Source: Candidatus Heimdallarchaeota archaeon | GTDB taxonomy: Archaea > Asgardarchaeota > Heimdallarchaeia > Heimdallarchaeales > DAOWED01 | Reading direction: 5' to 3' | Length of the DNA stretch: 49,070 bases | Assembly (NCBI GenBank): GCA_030638685.1 | Contig: DAOWED010000130.1 | Location: forward strand, 1-49,070 | In this document: in pieces, positions 1-9,771 of the stretch | Layout of the letters: each line of letters opens with the position of its first letter | Position numbering within the stretch: the first letter of the stretch is position 1 | Translations under genes and position numbers: made by a program | The notes under the pieces: generated by a model | Told to the model about the DNA's origin: nothing | Databases searched by the model: none | What the model saw: the letters and a program-made list of their open reading frames with translations, nothing else

Positions 1-759
1 GGCCAAGAAATTACTACTCTCAAAAAGAATGATCTTCGTTATTTCCGTAAAAATTTCCAGATTGTTTTCCAAGATCCTTATGCAAGTCTTAACCCTAGAC
101 TTACTGTTGGTTCTACTATTTCTGAACCTCTTGAAATTCACAAAATAGGTGATTCTCGAGAAGAGCGTGAAGCTCGTGTTGCTGAACTACTTGAACTAGT
201 AGGTCTAGCAGCTCACCATGCATTTCGTTACCCCCATGAACTTAGTGGAGGACAACGACAACGTGTTGGTATCGCTCGAGCAATTGCTGTTGAACCCAAA
301 TATATTGTTTTAGACGAACCTGTTTCTGCACTTGATGTTTCTATCCGTGCAGCAATCCTCAATCTTTTGATGGATTTACAAGCTCGTTTCAACTTGACTT
401 ATTTATTCATTGCACACGATCTATCTGTCATTCGTCATATTTGTGACCGTGTAGTCATCATGTACTTGGGACAAATTGCTGAGATTGGTACTATTACTCA
501 AGTCTTTGAACATCCCGTTCATCCTTATACTCGAGCCCTTCTTTCAGCTATTCCTGTTCCTGATCCTGATGTTAAGCGAGATCGTATTCTCCTTACCGGA
601 GATGTACCTACTCCTATTAATCCTGCTCCTGGTTGTCGTTTCTACCAGCGTTGCTGGCTTCGTCGTGATGAATGTAAAACATTAAAATATGAACTTATCC
701 CTGTTACAAGTGAGAGCGGTCACGAAACTGCTTGTCCTTACTGGGAGTCTCATGATTAG
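1..759 (+). CDS. oppF: ABC transporter ATP-binding protein, oligopeptide/dipeptide (OppF/DppF) type; 5' end cut by the window edge
   Basis: Frame 1 is open from nt 1 (GQEITTLKKNDLRYFRKNFQIVFQDPYASLNPR...) into the listed 367..759 ORF. It has the ABC signature LSGGQRQR, Walker B IVLDEPVSALD, H-loop FIAHDL, and the Opp/Dpp-type C-terminal extension HPYTRALLSAIP...GCRFYQRC. Confidence 0.9.
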   Translation, partial: GQEITTLKKNDLRYFRKNFQIVFQDPYASLNPRLTVGSTISEPLEIHKIGDSREEREARVAELLELVGLAAHHAFRYPHELSGGQRQRVGIARAIAVEPKYIVLDEPVSALDVSIRAAILNLLMDLQARFNLTYLFIAHDLSVIRHICDRVVIMYLGQIAEIGTITQVFEHPVHPYTRALLSAIPVPDPDVKRDRILLTGDVPTPINPAPGCRFYQRCWLRRDECKTLKYELIPVTSESGHETACPYWESHD

Positions 760-768
760 GTGATTATT

Positions 769-2856
769 ATGAAAACTTACAAACTTTTTTCACTAATTAT
801 TCTTTGTTTATTTATATCAACCCCTCTTGTTGCATCAAGTGCGTCCTCTGGTGATGCTGTGATGGTTTATGGTGACTTTGTTATTACTGATACCATTTCA
901 ACTCCTTCCTCAAACTCACCTCCGGCAGTTTATGCTTCTGCTTCTACCGATGAAGATCTCTCTCTTCAAGCCGCTTCTTATGGCCGTAGTATTATCATTA
1001 CTGAAGTTGGTGCTGATCAAATTGAACTTCAAAATGTTGCAAGTAGTACAATTAATATTACTGCTTACACCTTGGAATTAACCTATGATAACGCTTCTAA
1101 GGTAACAATTGTAATCGAAGAAGTCATTGAGATAGCCGTTGATGCTTATTATGTTTTAGATTCTACTAATACCAACTTGAATGCTTCCACTATTGATCTT
1201 CAAGCTGGTATTCTTGAACTTAAATCTGGCTCTACATCTTATCAAGACGTTGTAGCATGGGGACACCTTGGAAAAGCTCCGGCTATTCCTGTCGGTTCCT
1301 CTATCTCTCGATCTAGTCTTACTCCGTTCCAAGTAGGTGTTCAACCTGAATTTGTTGTATCTGATGATTGGAGCATTTCAACTAGCACCACCTTAGGTAC
1401 TGTAAACGATGTTGTTGCTCCTGAACTTAATTTATCTTCAATTATTCTCTCTGAGCTTTTCTCAAATGGCTCTGATAGTTTTATTGAAATCATAAACTTA
1501 GCAAATGAATCAATTGATATTGAGGATTATACCCTTTATGTTAACAATTCATTAGTTCATACTTTTGCAGCAGAAACATTAACTCCTTCAGGAACCGCTA
1601 TTTTTGAAACTACAGATGATGTTGTAACTCCTACAGGTAATTTGTACTTGTATAATTCCTCTGGAGCTCGTATTGGTCAGATGGGTTGGAATGATCTAAT
1701 AGCTGGTTTTAGTTTCAGTCGTTTCTTAAACTTCACTTATGATTACTCTGAGTTTGATGACATGTTCGTATATGATACCGAACAGCAATATGACTATCGT
1801 AAGATTGAAGTTGACTCATCATTTGAATGGGACTATTATGATGGATATAACGCTGAATTGAGCGGTTTCTCTTATTCTGAGCCTACTCGTGATGCATTTA
1901 ACATCAACACTCTTGAAATTCTTACTGTTAATGCTAGCAGTTTCTTCACTGCAAGAAAGGAAGATGTTGGTAAATGGATTAATGAAAGTTATGCACCAGT
2001 AATTGGTTTATACAATGTTTCTGTTTATAATAATGGATCATTAACAATACCTCACCTTAATTTGTATACTTACTTTGATGGAGGTGTTGATTCTCCAGAT
2101 CCTCGTGTTGTAAAGCTACCTTTGTTCAACTGGACGAATATCGAATATGAAGTTTTTGATTTTGCCCCAGGGGACTGGTTAAATGTTACCGTTAAAGTTA
2201 CCACTGTGCAAAATGGTACCGCCCACAATATTAACTTCTTAACAATGAATGATATTGTAGTTTTAGACTCAGTCACTTCTTTAAATATTAGTCAAGCAAA
2301 AGCTAAGATTACTGGCTTCTTTAATCCAAGCCGATATGAAGCTGGTAAAGCATTTATAGCTAATGTAACCTTAACAAATACAGGTACATACATTGCTGAA
2401 AACATCAATTTCACTCTACGACCCAACGCTATTGATAGTTTTGGAACTGATCGTTTAAATAGAGATGATGATTTTATATGGTCTCATGTCTTCGACGAAC
2501 AAGAGTTAGACGTTCGAGAAGCATTTGATGTTTCCTTCAATTTCACCGGTGTTCAAAATATATGGGATCCAGTTAAATTTGTTAAAATCAAATTCAGAAT
2601 AACTTATTCAACTAAGGATCTAGATGATAATCTTGAATCATTTGGGTATTTGAAAGTGTTTATTCTTTCTCCGTCGTTATTTAATCCCTTTGCCTGGGAA
2701 AATCCTTTTGCATTCGTAATTTGGGTGCTGACAGGAATATTTTCAATGTGGTGGGTTTCACGATGGTTCTACCGAGCTTCTAAACCCAAGCCTCGCCCTG
2801 AGCCAACAGAGTATGTCTATCCTGAGAATATTGTTTCTGAACCGGATGACACTTAG
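769..2856 (+). CDS. Membrane-anchored surface (glyco)protein with two lamin-tail-domain (LTD)-like segments and CARDB-like segments
   Basis: The ORF is listed as 760..2856 (GTG). The ATG at 769 is preceded by AGGTGA (757-762), so I prefer 769. The N-terminus MKTYKLFSLIILCLFISTPLVASSA looks like a signal peptide. LTD-like stretches are IIITEVGADQIELQNV... and ILSELFSNGSDSFIEIINLANESIDIEDYTLYV. A CARDB-like stretch is YEAGKAFIANVTLTNTGTYIAENINFTL. The C-terminus has a TM helix FAFVIWVLTGIFSMWWV followed by a basic/Pro tail. I count about 20 N-x-S/T sequons by eye. Confidence 0.7.
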   Translation: MKTYKLFSLIILCLFISTPLVASSASSGDAVMVYGDFVITDTISTPSSNSPPAVYASASTDEDLSLQAASYGRSIIITEVGADQIELQNVASSTINITAYTLELTYDNASKVTIVIEEVIEIAVDAYYVLDSTNTNLNASTIDLQAGILELKSGSTSYQDVVAWGHLGKAPAIPVGSSISRSSLTPFQVGVQPEFVVSDDWSISTSTTLGTVNDVVAPELNLSSIILSELFSNGSDSFIEIINLANESIDIEDYTLYVNNSLVHTFAAETLTPSGTAIFETTDDVVTPTGNLYLYNSSGARIGQMGWNDLIAGFSFSRFLNFTYDYSEFDDMFVYDTEQQYDYRKIEVDSSFEWDYYDGYNAELSGFSYSEPTRDAFNINTLEILTVNASSFFTARKEDVGKWINESYAPVIGLYNVSVYNNGSLTIPHLNLYTYFDGGVDSPDPRVVKLPLFNWTNIEYEVFDFAPGDWLNVTVKVTTVQNGTAHNINFLTMNDIVVLDSVTSLNISQAKAKITGFFNPSRYEAGKAFIANVTLTNTGTYIAENINFTLRPNAIDSFGTDRLNRDDDFIWSHVFDEQELDVREAFDVSFNFTGVQNIWDPVKFVKIKFRITYSTKDLDDNLESFGYLKVFILSPSLFNPFAWENPFAFVIWVLTGIFSMWWVSRWFYRASKPKPRPEPTEYVYPENIVSEPDDT

Positions 2857-2873
2857 TCAATATATTGACTAAG
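2852..2873. repeat. 22-bp perfect palindrome CTTAGTCAATA|TATTGACTAAG overlapping the stop codon of the preceding gene; a hairpin terminator or a dimeric binding site
   Basis: Read directly: the reverse complement of CTTAGTCAATA is TATTGACTAAG. The TAG stop at 2854-2856 lies inside the left arm. Confidence 0.9.
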
Positions 2874-3101
2874 CTATCTCAGCCTTCCCGCCCTTGCTTA
2901 TGGTGTTTTGTTGTGTTTATTTTTTCTTTAATTCGTGCTTATTCATACTAATCTATATTTATCTAAGTTAGTCCTTGCTTAGATGGATTCTAAGTTTTGA
3001 AATATTGATCCTAAGTTTGAATTTACCATTTGGCTAAAAAGAAGAAAGAGTTATATGTTATTCACTTTCTTTTAACTCAGTAATAACTAAGAGGTAACAA
3101 T

Positions 3102-4262
3102 ATGTTTACACCTTCAGAACGAATTCTTTCACTTAAACCATCTGGAATACGCTCATTTTTTGCTCTTTCTGCAGGAGTAGAGGGAGTTATTTCACTAGGT
3201 ATTGGTCAACCCAATATTCCGACCCCTGCAAAACTCATTGAATTTGCAGCTCAAGAGCTTAAAAATCAAAATAATTATTATTCTCTGAACCCAGGTACTC
3301 CCCTCTTGCGCGCCAAAATCGCAGAAGAGTACAATAGACGATTTAATTTTGATTTCACTTCATCTAATGTTTTGATTGGTTCTGGAGCATGTGAAATATT
3401 ATTTGATATTTTTCACACATTCCTTAATCCTGGTGATGAAGCCCTTCTTCCTGACCCAACTTTTCTAGTCTATGAACGGCAAATCAATCTTGCTGGCGGA
3501 AAAGCAGTTTTTATGCCTTCTAATTCTGATTTTACTATAGACATTGAACAGACTAAAGAGCTTATCACTTCCAAAACAAAAACAATTTTACTCAACTTCC
3601 CTTCAAATCCCACCGGGGCAATGATGACAAGGAGTGAGCTGAAAGCAATAGCTGATCTTGCAATTGACCATAATCTCATTGTTATTTCTGATGAAGTTTA
3701 TGAATACACTTGTTATGATGGAAGAGAACATGTCTGCGTTTCAACTTTAGGGATTGAGGACAGAACACTTATAGTGAACAGTTTCTCAAAGTCTTTCTGT
3801 GTCCCCGGTTGGAGGATAGGTTATGCTGTGGGACCTGAAGAGCTAATTAATCCAGTAAATACTTTTCACTCCTTTGTTACAGCAAATGCAACTACCCCTC
3901 TACAAGATGCTCTAGCTTCTTTTATGGGTTCTCCTGAAGCTATTTCTTTCACTGATTCTCTTCAATCAACACTTCAAGAAAGAAAAGATGTAATTGTTGC
4001 CGGTTTAAACTCATTAGAAAATGTTCATTGTCCCCCCGTTCAAGGCTCATTTTATGCTTTTGCTGACTTCAGTTCTTTTTTTGGTAAACCAATGTCGACT
4101 TCTGAGATTGCAACCAAGATTTTTGAAGAAACTAAGGTCGTTCTTATACCAGGAGATGAGTTTGGTTCAGCTGGAGAAGGTTATCTGAGAGCTTCTTTTG
4201 GCTCTGCTTCTGTTGATGAATTAAAGGACGTTATTTCTCGCTTAAAGTCTTTGCAGGAATAA
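3102..4262 (+). CDS. PLP-dependent aminotransferase, class I/II (aspartate/aromatic aminotransferase-like)
   Basis: 386 aa. The PLP-lysine motif is NSFSKSFCVPGWRIGY. The family-typical N-terminus is LKPSGIRSFF. The SD-like GAGGT lies 7 nt upstream of the ATG. Confidence 0.9.
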   Translation: MFTPSERILSLKPSGIRSFFALSAGVEGVISLGIGQPNIPTPAKLIEFAAQELKNQNNYYSLNPGTPLLRAKIAEEYNRRFNFDFTSSNVLIGSGACEILFDIFHTFLNPGDEALLPDPTFLVYERQINLAGGKAVFMPSNSDFTIDIEQTKELITSKTKTILLNFPSNPTGAMMTRSELKAIADLAIDHNLIVISDEVYEYTCYDGREHVCVSTLGIEDRTLIVNSFSKSFCVPGWRIGYAVGPEELINPVNTFHSFVTANATTPLQDALASFMGSPEAISFTDSLQSTLQERKDVIVAGLNSLENVHCPPVQGSFYAFADFSSFFGKPMSTSEIATKIFEETKVVLIPGDEFGSAGEGYLRASFGSASVDELKDVISRLKSLQE

Positions 4263-4379
4263 GATTAAACTTCAATATGATGCACTGAAGACTTTGGAAG
4301 TATTTTTTCCATCTTAAGTGCTCTTTATTCGATACTTATTTGAGTTTCAATGATAATCATTGTTTAGGTAAGAAAAGAA

Positions 4380-6644
4380 ATGTCTTCCGAATTAACTAGG
4401 CTTAGAGTCGCAAAAGGCGTTAGAAGTGATGCCGGGAAAGGTTTCGCTAGAATTCATAATTTAACCATGAAAAAACTTAATATTTCAACAGGTGACATTA
4501 TCACCGTTCAAGCCAAAAAACTGACCGGTGCAATCGTTATCCCAGCTAGACCTGAAGATGATGATGAAACTATGATACGCATGAATGGTCTTTTAAGAAC
4601 TAATTCTGGGGCTTCGATAGGTGAATATGTCAATATTGAAAAAGTCGAAGTTGAGGTTGCGGAAGCGGTAGTTATTGCTCCTGTGGAGAAAGGAATAAAG
4701 ATAAGAGCTACTGAAGAACAGATTCGATCTACCATTATTTCAAAAGTCGTTACTGAAGGAGATCTTCTCTCTCTAAGTGCTCCTTCTGTTAAAGTTCAGA
4801 AAGATAGCTCTGAAATTTCAGAGATACCCTTTTTATCACATCTTTTTGGTTCTGGCACTTCTATTTCTATGAGTGAGGTTAGAACGGTAGTGATCAATAC
4901 TACTCCTTCAAAAGTAGTACAGATTGGAGAACACACTCGAATAACTGTATCGGAATCTCCTATGGAATTTAAAGTAGGCACTTTTGTAACTTATGAGGAT
5001 ATAGGTGGCCTTGATGAGCCAATTCGACGTGTTCGAGAAATGGTAGAATTGCCTTTGAAACACCCGGAAGTATTTGAAAGGTTAGGTATAGAACCACCTA
5101 AAGGCGTTTTACTGTATGGTCCTCCCGGCACAGGAAAAACATTATTAGCAAAAGCGGTAGCAAAAGAAGCAAACGCTACTTTTCACTCAGTTGCCGGCCC
5201 CGAAATAATGTCTAAATTTTATGGTGAATCAGAACGAAAACTTAGAGATATTTTTGATGAGGCTGAACGAACCGCACCTTCAATCATTTTTTTTGATGAA
5301 GTTGATTCACTTGCACCTAAAAGAGAGGAAGTTACTGGTGAAGTTGAAAGAAGAGTAGTGGCTCAGTTATTGTCAGCAATGGATGGGATGAAAAGTAGAG
5401 GGAGAGTGGTTGTAATCGCTGCTACAAACAGAATAAATGCTATTGATCCTGCACTTAGGCGACCCGGTCGCTTTGACCGAGAGATTGAGCTAGCTGTTCC
5501 AGATAAGGATGGAAGAACGGAAATTCTCTCAATCCATATGAGAGGTATGCCTATTGCAGAATCTGTTGTACTTTCAGATTTAATTAACCGCACAAACGGG
5601 TTTGTTGGAGCTGATTTAGCTTCATTATGCCGAGAAGCAGCAATGCAAACCTTACGACGAATTTTACCTGAGATTGATTTAGACAGCAATGATCAAACTG
5701 ATAGCGTTCTCTTTAATCTAAGATTTCTTCCTGAAGATTTTGACGGAGCATTAAGATATGTCTATCCTTCTGCTTTACGTGAAGTAATGATTCAAATACC
5801 AAACGTTAAATGGTCAGAAATTGGCGGATTAAAACAGCTCAAAGCTTCACTTATTGAGATGGTTGAATTACCACTAACTCATCCCGAAGTATTTACTTAT
5901 CACGGTATTCGCCCTCCACGAGGAATACTTCTTTTTGGAGCTCCCGGTACGGGAAAAACAATGTTAGCTAAAGCTGTTGCAACGGAATCACAGGCAAATT
6001 TCATAAGTATTAGAGGTCCCGAAATCTTAAGTAAGTGGGTGGGTGAAAGTGAAAGAGCTATTCGTGAAGTATTCAGAAAAGCTAGACAAGCGGCTCCTTC
6101 AATAGTTTTTTTTGATGAGATTGATGCAATTTCTCCAAAAAGAGGTGGTTATTCTGGTTCCACACACTTGGAAACTATAGTGAATCAACTTTTGACAGAG
6201 CTTGATGGCTTAGAAGAACTAAAAGGTGTAGTTGTAATTGCAGCAACAAATAGGCCCGATATGGTTGATCCGGCCCTTCTAAGAGCTGGACGATTTGATC
6301 GTCTCTTACTTGTTCCAGCACCTGATGCAGAAACCCGCCTCGAAATCTTGAGCGTTCACATGAAAAACATGCATTTAGCTGATGATTTGAATATTCATGA
6401 TCTTGTTGAACGTACAGTTAATTTTGCGGGATCTGATCTTGAAAACTTATGTAGAGAGGCTGTAATGATTGCTTTGCGTGAAGAAATATCTATTAAAGAA
6501 GTTTCTCAACGACACTTTGGTGAAGCACTTAAATTAGTAAGACCCAGTCTTAATTCAGACATAATAAAATACTATCAAGAAATGGCTGATAAACTACTTC
6601 AAAAAATGAGTTCCTCAGCAACTATAGCAGATGATTTTAAGTAA
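4380..6644 (+). CDS. cdc48: Cdc48/VCP/p97-type AAA+ ATPase (N domain plus D1 and D2 rings)
   Basis: 754 aa. There are two Walker A motifs ([16 protein letters not shown]), two Walker B motifs ([16 protein letters not shown]) and two second-region-of-homology segments (ATNR...[12 protein letters not shown] and [20 protein letters not shown]). The N-terminus is double-psi-barrel-like (LRVAKG...GDIITV). Confidence 0.95.
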   Translation: MSSELTRLRVAKGVRSDAGKGFARIHNLTMKKLNISTGDIITVQAKKLTGAIVIPARPEDDDETMIRMNGLLRTNSGASIGEYVNIEKVEVEVAEAVVIAPVEKGIKIRATEEQIRSTIISKVVTEGDLLSLSAPSVKVQKDSSEISEIPFLSHLFGSGTSISMSEVRTVVINTTPSKVVQIGEHTRITVSESPMEFKVGTFVTYEDIGGLDEPIRRVREMVELPLKHPEVFERLGIEPPKGVLLYGPPGTGKTLLAKAVAKEANATFHSVAGPEIMSKFYGESERKLRDIFDEAERTAPSIIFFDEVDSLAPKREEVTGEVERRVVAQLLSAMDGMKSRGRVVVIAATNRINAIDPALRRPGRFDREIELAVPDKDGRTEILSIHMRGMPIAESVVLSDLINRTNGFVGADLASLCREAAMQTLRRILPEIDLDSNDQTDSVLFNLRFLPEDFDGALRYVYPSALREVMIQIPNVKWSEIGGLKQLKASLIEMVELPLTHPEVFTYHGIRPPRGILLFGAPGTGKTMLAKAVATESQANFISIRGPEILSKWVGESERAIREVFRKARQAAPSIVFFDEIDAISPKRGGYSGSTHLETIVNQLLTELDGLEELKGVVVIAATNRPDMVDPALLRAGRFDRLLLVPAPDAETRLEILSVHMKNMHLADDLNIHDLVERTVNFAGSDLENLCREAVMIALREEISIKEVSQRHFGEALKLVRPSLNSDIIKYYQEMADKLLQKMSSSATIADDFK

Positions 6645-6647
6645 AAC

Positions 6648-7124
6648 TTGGATGTGAATAATCTGACTAATCAATCAAACAAATCTAAAATAATTTCCGA
6701 AGATAAAGCTTCTCCTTTTCTAGTAACTGAATTTATGACTAGAGGAGTTTTATCTTTTCATAAAGATGAAACAACTCAAACAGCAGCTACTAAAATGATG
6801 GATCTTGGAGTGGCTTGTTTTATCGTTCTGGATGATAATGGTATATCAATTGGAATTGTCACAGAAAAAGATATTGTAGGAAAAGTAGTTGCAAAAAATC
6901 TCATCCCTTCAGAAGTAACAATCGAGTCAATAATGTCTTCACCTGTGAAAAAGTTACCAACTTCAACCACTATTGATGAAGCAATTGATGAGATGAATTC
7001 TCATGGAATTAAGCATATGGTTATCTATGAGGCTCTTGAAACGGGAGAGAGTGTTGTAGGGATGCTTTCTTTTACTAATTTGGTACGAGCAGATCTTTCT
7101 CTAAACCGTCTAATTATCTACTGA
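6648..7124 (+). CDS. CBS-domain pair protein
   Basis: 158 aa with a TTG start 3 nt after the cdc48 stop. There are two CBS-like repeats (VTEFMTRGVLSF...IVTEKDIVGKV and IESIMSSPVKKL...GMLSFTNLVRA). An internal ATG start (MTRGV...) is also possible. Confidence 0.8.
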   Translation: MDVNNLTNQSNKSKIISEDKASPFLVTEFMTRGVLSFHKDETTQTAATKMMDLGVACFIVLDDNGISIGIVTEKDIVGKVVAKNLIPSEVTIESIMSSPVKKLPTSTTIDEAIDEMNSHGIKHMVIYEALETGESVVGMLSFTNLVRADLSLNRLIIY

Positions 7125-7136
7125 AAAGGTGTAATT

Positions 7137-8687
7137 ATGATCAGAATTGCTCATATATCAGATACTCACTTCACTACTGGGAAAGAGTTTGAAAAAGAAT
7201 TATATCTTCAAGCAATTCAGTACATTAATTCACTAGATCTTGATTTTGTAGTCCACACTGGTGATTTAACTCATGCTGGACTTAGACATGAATACTTAAT
7301 AGCTAAAGAATTGTTACCCTTGATTGAACACCCCGTTTATTATTTAATAGGTAACCATGATGCTAGAAATGTAGGCTATGAGCTTTGGGAGGAGTATATG
7401 GGTGTCAGATCCGGTTATTATGTTGAAGATAATTATCTTTTTGTTTATCTAGATTCTACCATCCCAGATAAGGATGCAGGTCGTTTTGGTCAGGAGACGA
7501 TCAGTTCTGTACGAGCTATCCTTCAAAAGCATCAAGATAAAAAAGTCAAAATTGTTGCTTTTCACCATCATCTAATTCCCCTTGAAAAAACCGGACGTGA
7601 GCGAGGTTTTGCTATCGATGCCGGTGAGATGATTAACTGTCTTCAAGACCATGGAGTTGATTTAATCCTAACTGGGCATAAGCATCATGCTTCTTCCTAT
7701 AAAATAGAGGACACAATCATAGTTTCCGCAGGGACTATTTCCTCATTAAAAAGAAGGGCTGGAGAGGCAGCTTCTTTTAATTTGATCACTATTAATACTT
7801 CACATAATATTGAAGTAAGCACTGTATCCTTAGGTTCCTCAAAATCTGCTCTTGCTCCCTCTTCTCCAACTTCATATTCAATTGCCAGATTAACACGTTT
7901 AATAAATGCTAACTCCCCCAAAATCTGCCGTATTGTTCAATTATCCTCAACTTATTACGGAGGTTCCGATTTTAATTCAAAATCCCATGATCACGGATTA
8001 AAGCTAATAAAGCGCCTTAATGCCGATATGGTGATTCATTGTGGGAATGTTTCCTCAAAAGGTTTAGAGGGAGAATATAAGGAATCACATAGTAACTTAA
8101 AACCACTTACTGAGAACCTATACATAACACCCGGCCCTTCCGATTTGAAACACATGGGTCCAGCATTATTTACAAGATACTATGGTGAGGATCGAACTAT
8201 CGAAAGAGAAAATATGTTACTTTATTTGCTCAACTCATCTCAGGTGGATAGTAAGTATGGTAGGATTGGGCGAGATCGCCTTAAAAAACTTGTAAATCAA
8301 GTAGATGAAAACACTGAGTCATATGACAAATATACAGCACCGGTGAGTGTACTGGTAACTCATCACGCAATAATACCTATACCGAGGCTTATCTGGAATG
8401 AGACAATAGAGGATGCTGGAGAAGTACTAAGGGCTCTTGTAAGTTTACCCATTGATCTTGTTCTTACTGGAAGCAAGCACAAAGCTTTTGCTACTAGAGT
8501 AAACGAAACCATTTTAATTAATGCTGGAACTTTTTCAAGCAATCATATTATGTCGAACTTTGGAAGTTCATTCAATGTGATTGATGTACTCCATAACGGA
8601 GGAGTAATTGTTTCAGAAGTATCAACTCAGTCCGGTATAAGAAGGATATTGGGTATTTTTTCATTAATCAGACTAAAAGAAGTCTAA
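7137..8687 (+). CDS. Tandem-duplicated calcineurin-like metallophosphoesterase; the second half has degenerate metal ligands
   Basis: 516 aa. The first half has IAHISDTHF, HTGDLTHAG, GNHD, FHHHLIP and TGHKHH. The second half aligns but reads QLSSTYY, HCGNVSS, TPGPSD, THHAIIP and TGSKHK. Confidence 0.85.
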   Translation: MIRIAHISDTHFTTGKEFEKELYLQAIQYINSLDLDFVVHTGDLTHAGLRHEYLIAKELLPLIEHPVYYLIGNHDARNVGYELWEEYMGVRSGYYVEDNYLFVYLDSTIPDKDAGRFGQETISSVRAILQKHQDKKVKIVAFHHHLIPLEKTGRERGFAIDAGEMINCLQDHGVDLILTGHKHHASSYKIEDTIIVSAGTISSLKRRAGEAASFNLITINTSHNIEVSTVSLGSSKSALAPSSPTSYSIARLTRLINANSPKICRIVQLSSTYYGGSDFNSKSHDHGLKLIKRLNADMVIHCGNVSSKGLEGEYKESHSNLKPLTENLYITPGPSDLKHMGPALFTRYYGEDRTIERENMLLYLLNSSQVDSKYGRIGRDRLKKLVNQVDENTESYDKYTAPVSVLVTHHAIIPIPRLIWNETIEDAGEVLRALVSLPIDLVLTGSKHKAFATRVNETILINAGTFSSNHIMSNFGSSFNVIDVLHNGGVIVSEVSTQSGIRRILGIFSLIRLKEV

Positions 8688-8863
8688 TTTTGTAAATTTA
8701 GATTCTTCTACACCAAAAAATTACTGAGAGACTAAATTTCAGAAAAAAAAATAAGCAAGACTTTCTAACACTTTTTAATCAAGCTTAAGGCTTTGACTAC
8801 TTACTTAACTACTTAGTGAAGATAGCTAAGAATTCATATAGTAGATAATTTTATTGTAATTAT

Positions 8864-9769
8864 ATGGTGGAAGCACAAAGTTCTATCGATCTAGAGTATG
8901 TTCTTCAGAAAGCATTATCTGTATTCGTTATAGGTGGGAATGGACAGTTGCTTCACTATGAATGTTTTAGCGATCAAGTAGAAATTGATCCAGATTTGTA
9001 TTCTACTTTTTTTACTGCAATAAATCATTTTGCTTTAGAAATTGATCAAGGAGCAATAGAAAGAATTGATTTACATTCGACAAAACTCGTTTTTAAAGGC
9101 TATGAGGACGTTTTAGTAGTTGTTGAGGTAGATGAAGCTCTACCGGATGCTCATTCTCTTTGGTTAATCTCACAAGTAATTGAAAGGTATGCAATCTTAG
9201 TCGAAAAGACAGGTAAAAACCTAGATAAAAAACTCGACACCTTATTCATGGAATTGGGTTCACAGTTAACTTTTGACATAGTCCGAGAAATAAGAATGGC
9301 AGCAACAGTTACAGAAGAGGAGGAAACCGTTGCTGAAGTCACAATTTTATCACCAAAAATTTCTTTGCAAACTTCTACAAGAAGAAAATTAACTACTTCA
9401 TTAACAAGAATAATCGAAGATAATTTTGGCTTAGAAGCAATAATTCTTTCATTTAATCATATGGAGGTAGAAAATATAATTGCTTTTTCACTTATTGATA
9501 GTGAAATTCTGGCAAAAAAAATCTCTTCCGGTTTACTTTCTATTCTTGAAGATGTTTCAAATGCTAAAGAGATAGACAACAGATTGCTTCATGTTGAAGA
9601 GTATTTCTTCTTAGCAAGCCCAATTGATATGCCAAATAGTGTATTAGTCACAGTGGGGCGAGAAAAAGAGCATTTGTCAGATATTGATCCTTTCATCAAA
9701 AGAGTTACAAGATTTGTTTCAACGCTTATTTTAGGGGATGAGGGAAGAGCTTTTGTTCCAGGTGTATAA
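8864..9769 (+). CDS. Two-module roadblock/LC7(MglB)- or longin-type protein; a candidate GTPase regulator
   Basis: 301 aa. The N-module (about aa 1-125) and C-module (about aa 170-301) both show the helix/strand-strand/long-helix/strand-strand pattern of this fold. Examples are VFVIGGNGQLLHYECF...DPDLYSTFFTAINHFALEI...IERIDLHSTKLVFKGYEDVLVVVEVD and AIILSFNHMEVENIIAFS...SEILAKKISSGLLSILEDV...HVEEYFFLASPIDMPNSVLVTVG. An acidic linker TVTEEEETVAEV joins them. The fold call is by eye only. Confidence 0.6.
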   Translation: MVEAQSSIDLEYVLQKALSVFVIGGNGQLLHYECFSDQVEIDPDLYSTFFTAINHFALEIDQGAIERIDLHSTKLVFKGYEDVLVVVEVDEALPDAHSLWLISQVIERYAILVEKTGKNLDKKLDTLFMELGSQLTFDIVREIRMAATVTEEEETVAEVTILSPKISLQTSTRRKLTTSLTRIIEDNFGLEAIILSFNHMEVENIIAFSLIDSEILAKKISSGLLSILEDVSNAKEIDNRLLHVEEYFFLASPIDMPNSVLVTVGREKEHLSDIDPFIKRVTRFVSTLILGDEGRAFVPGV

Positions 9770-9771
9770 AA

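Noticed and set aside
760-768. N-terminal extensions proposed by the ORF track (760 GTG; likewise 46382, 47281, 23443, 12248)
   Set aside because: In each case an internal ATG gives a more plausible N-terminus: a signal peptide, a zinc ribbon at residue 5-8, or a family-typical start. Where visible, the internal ATG is also better placed relative to an SD-like GGTG/GAGG.
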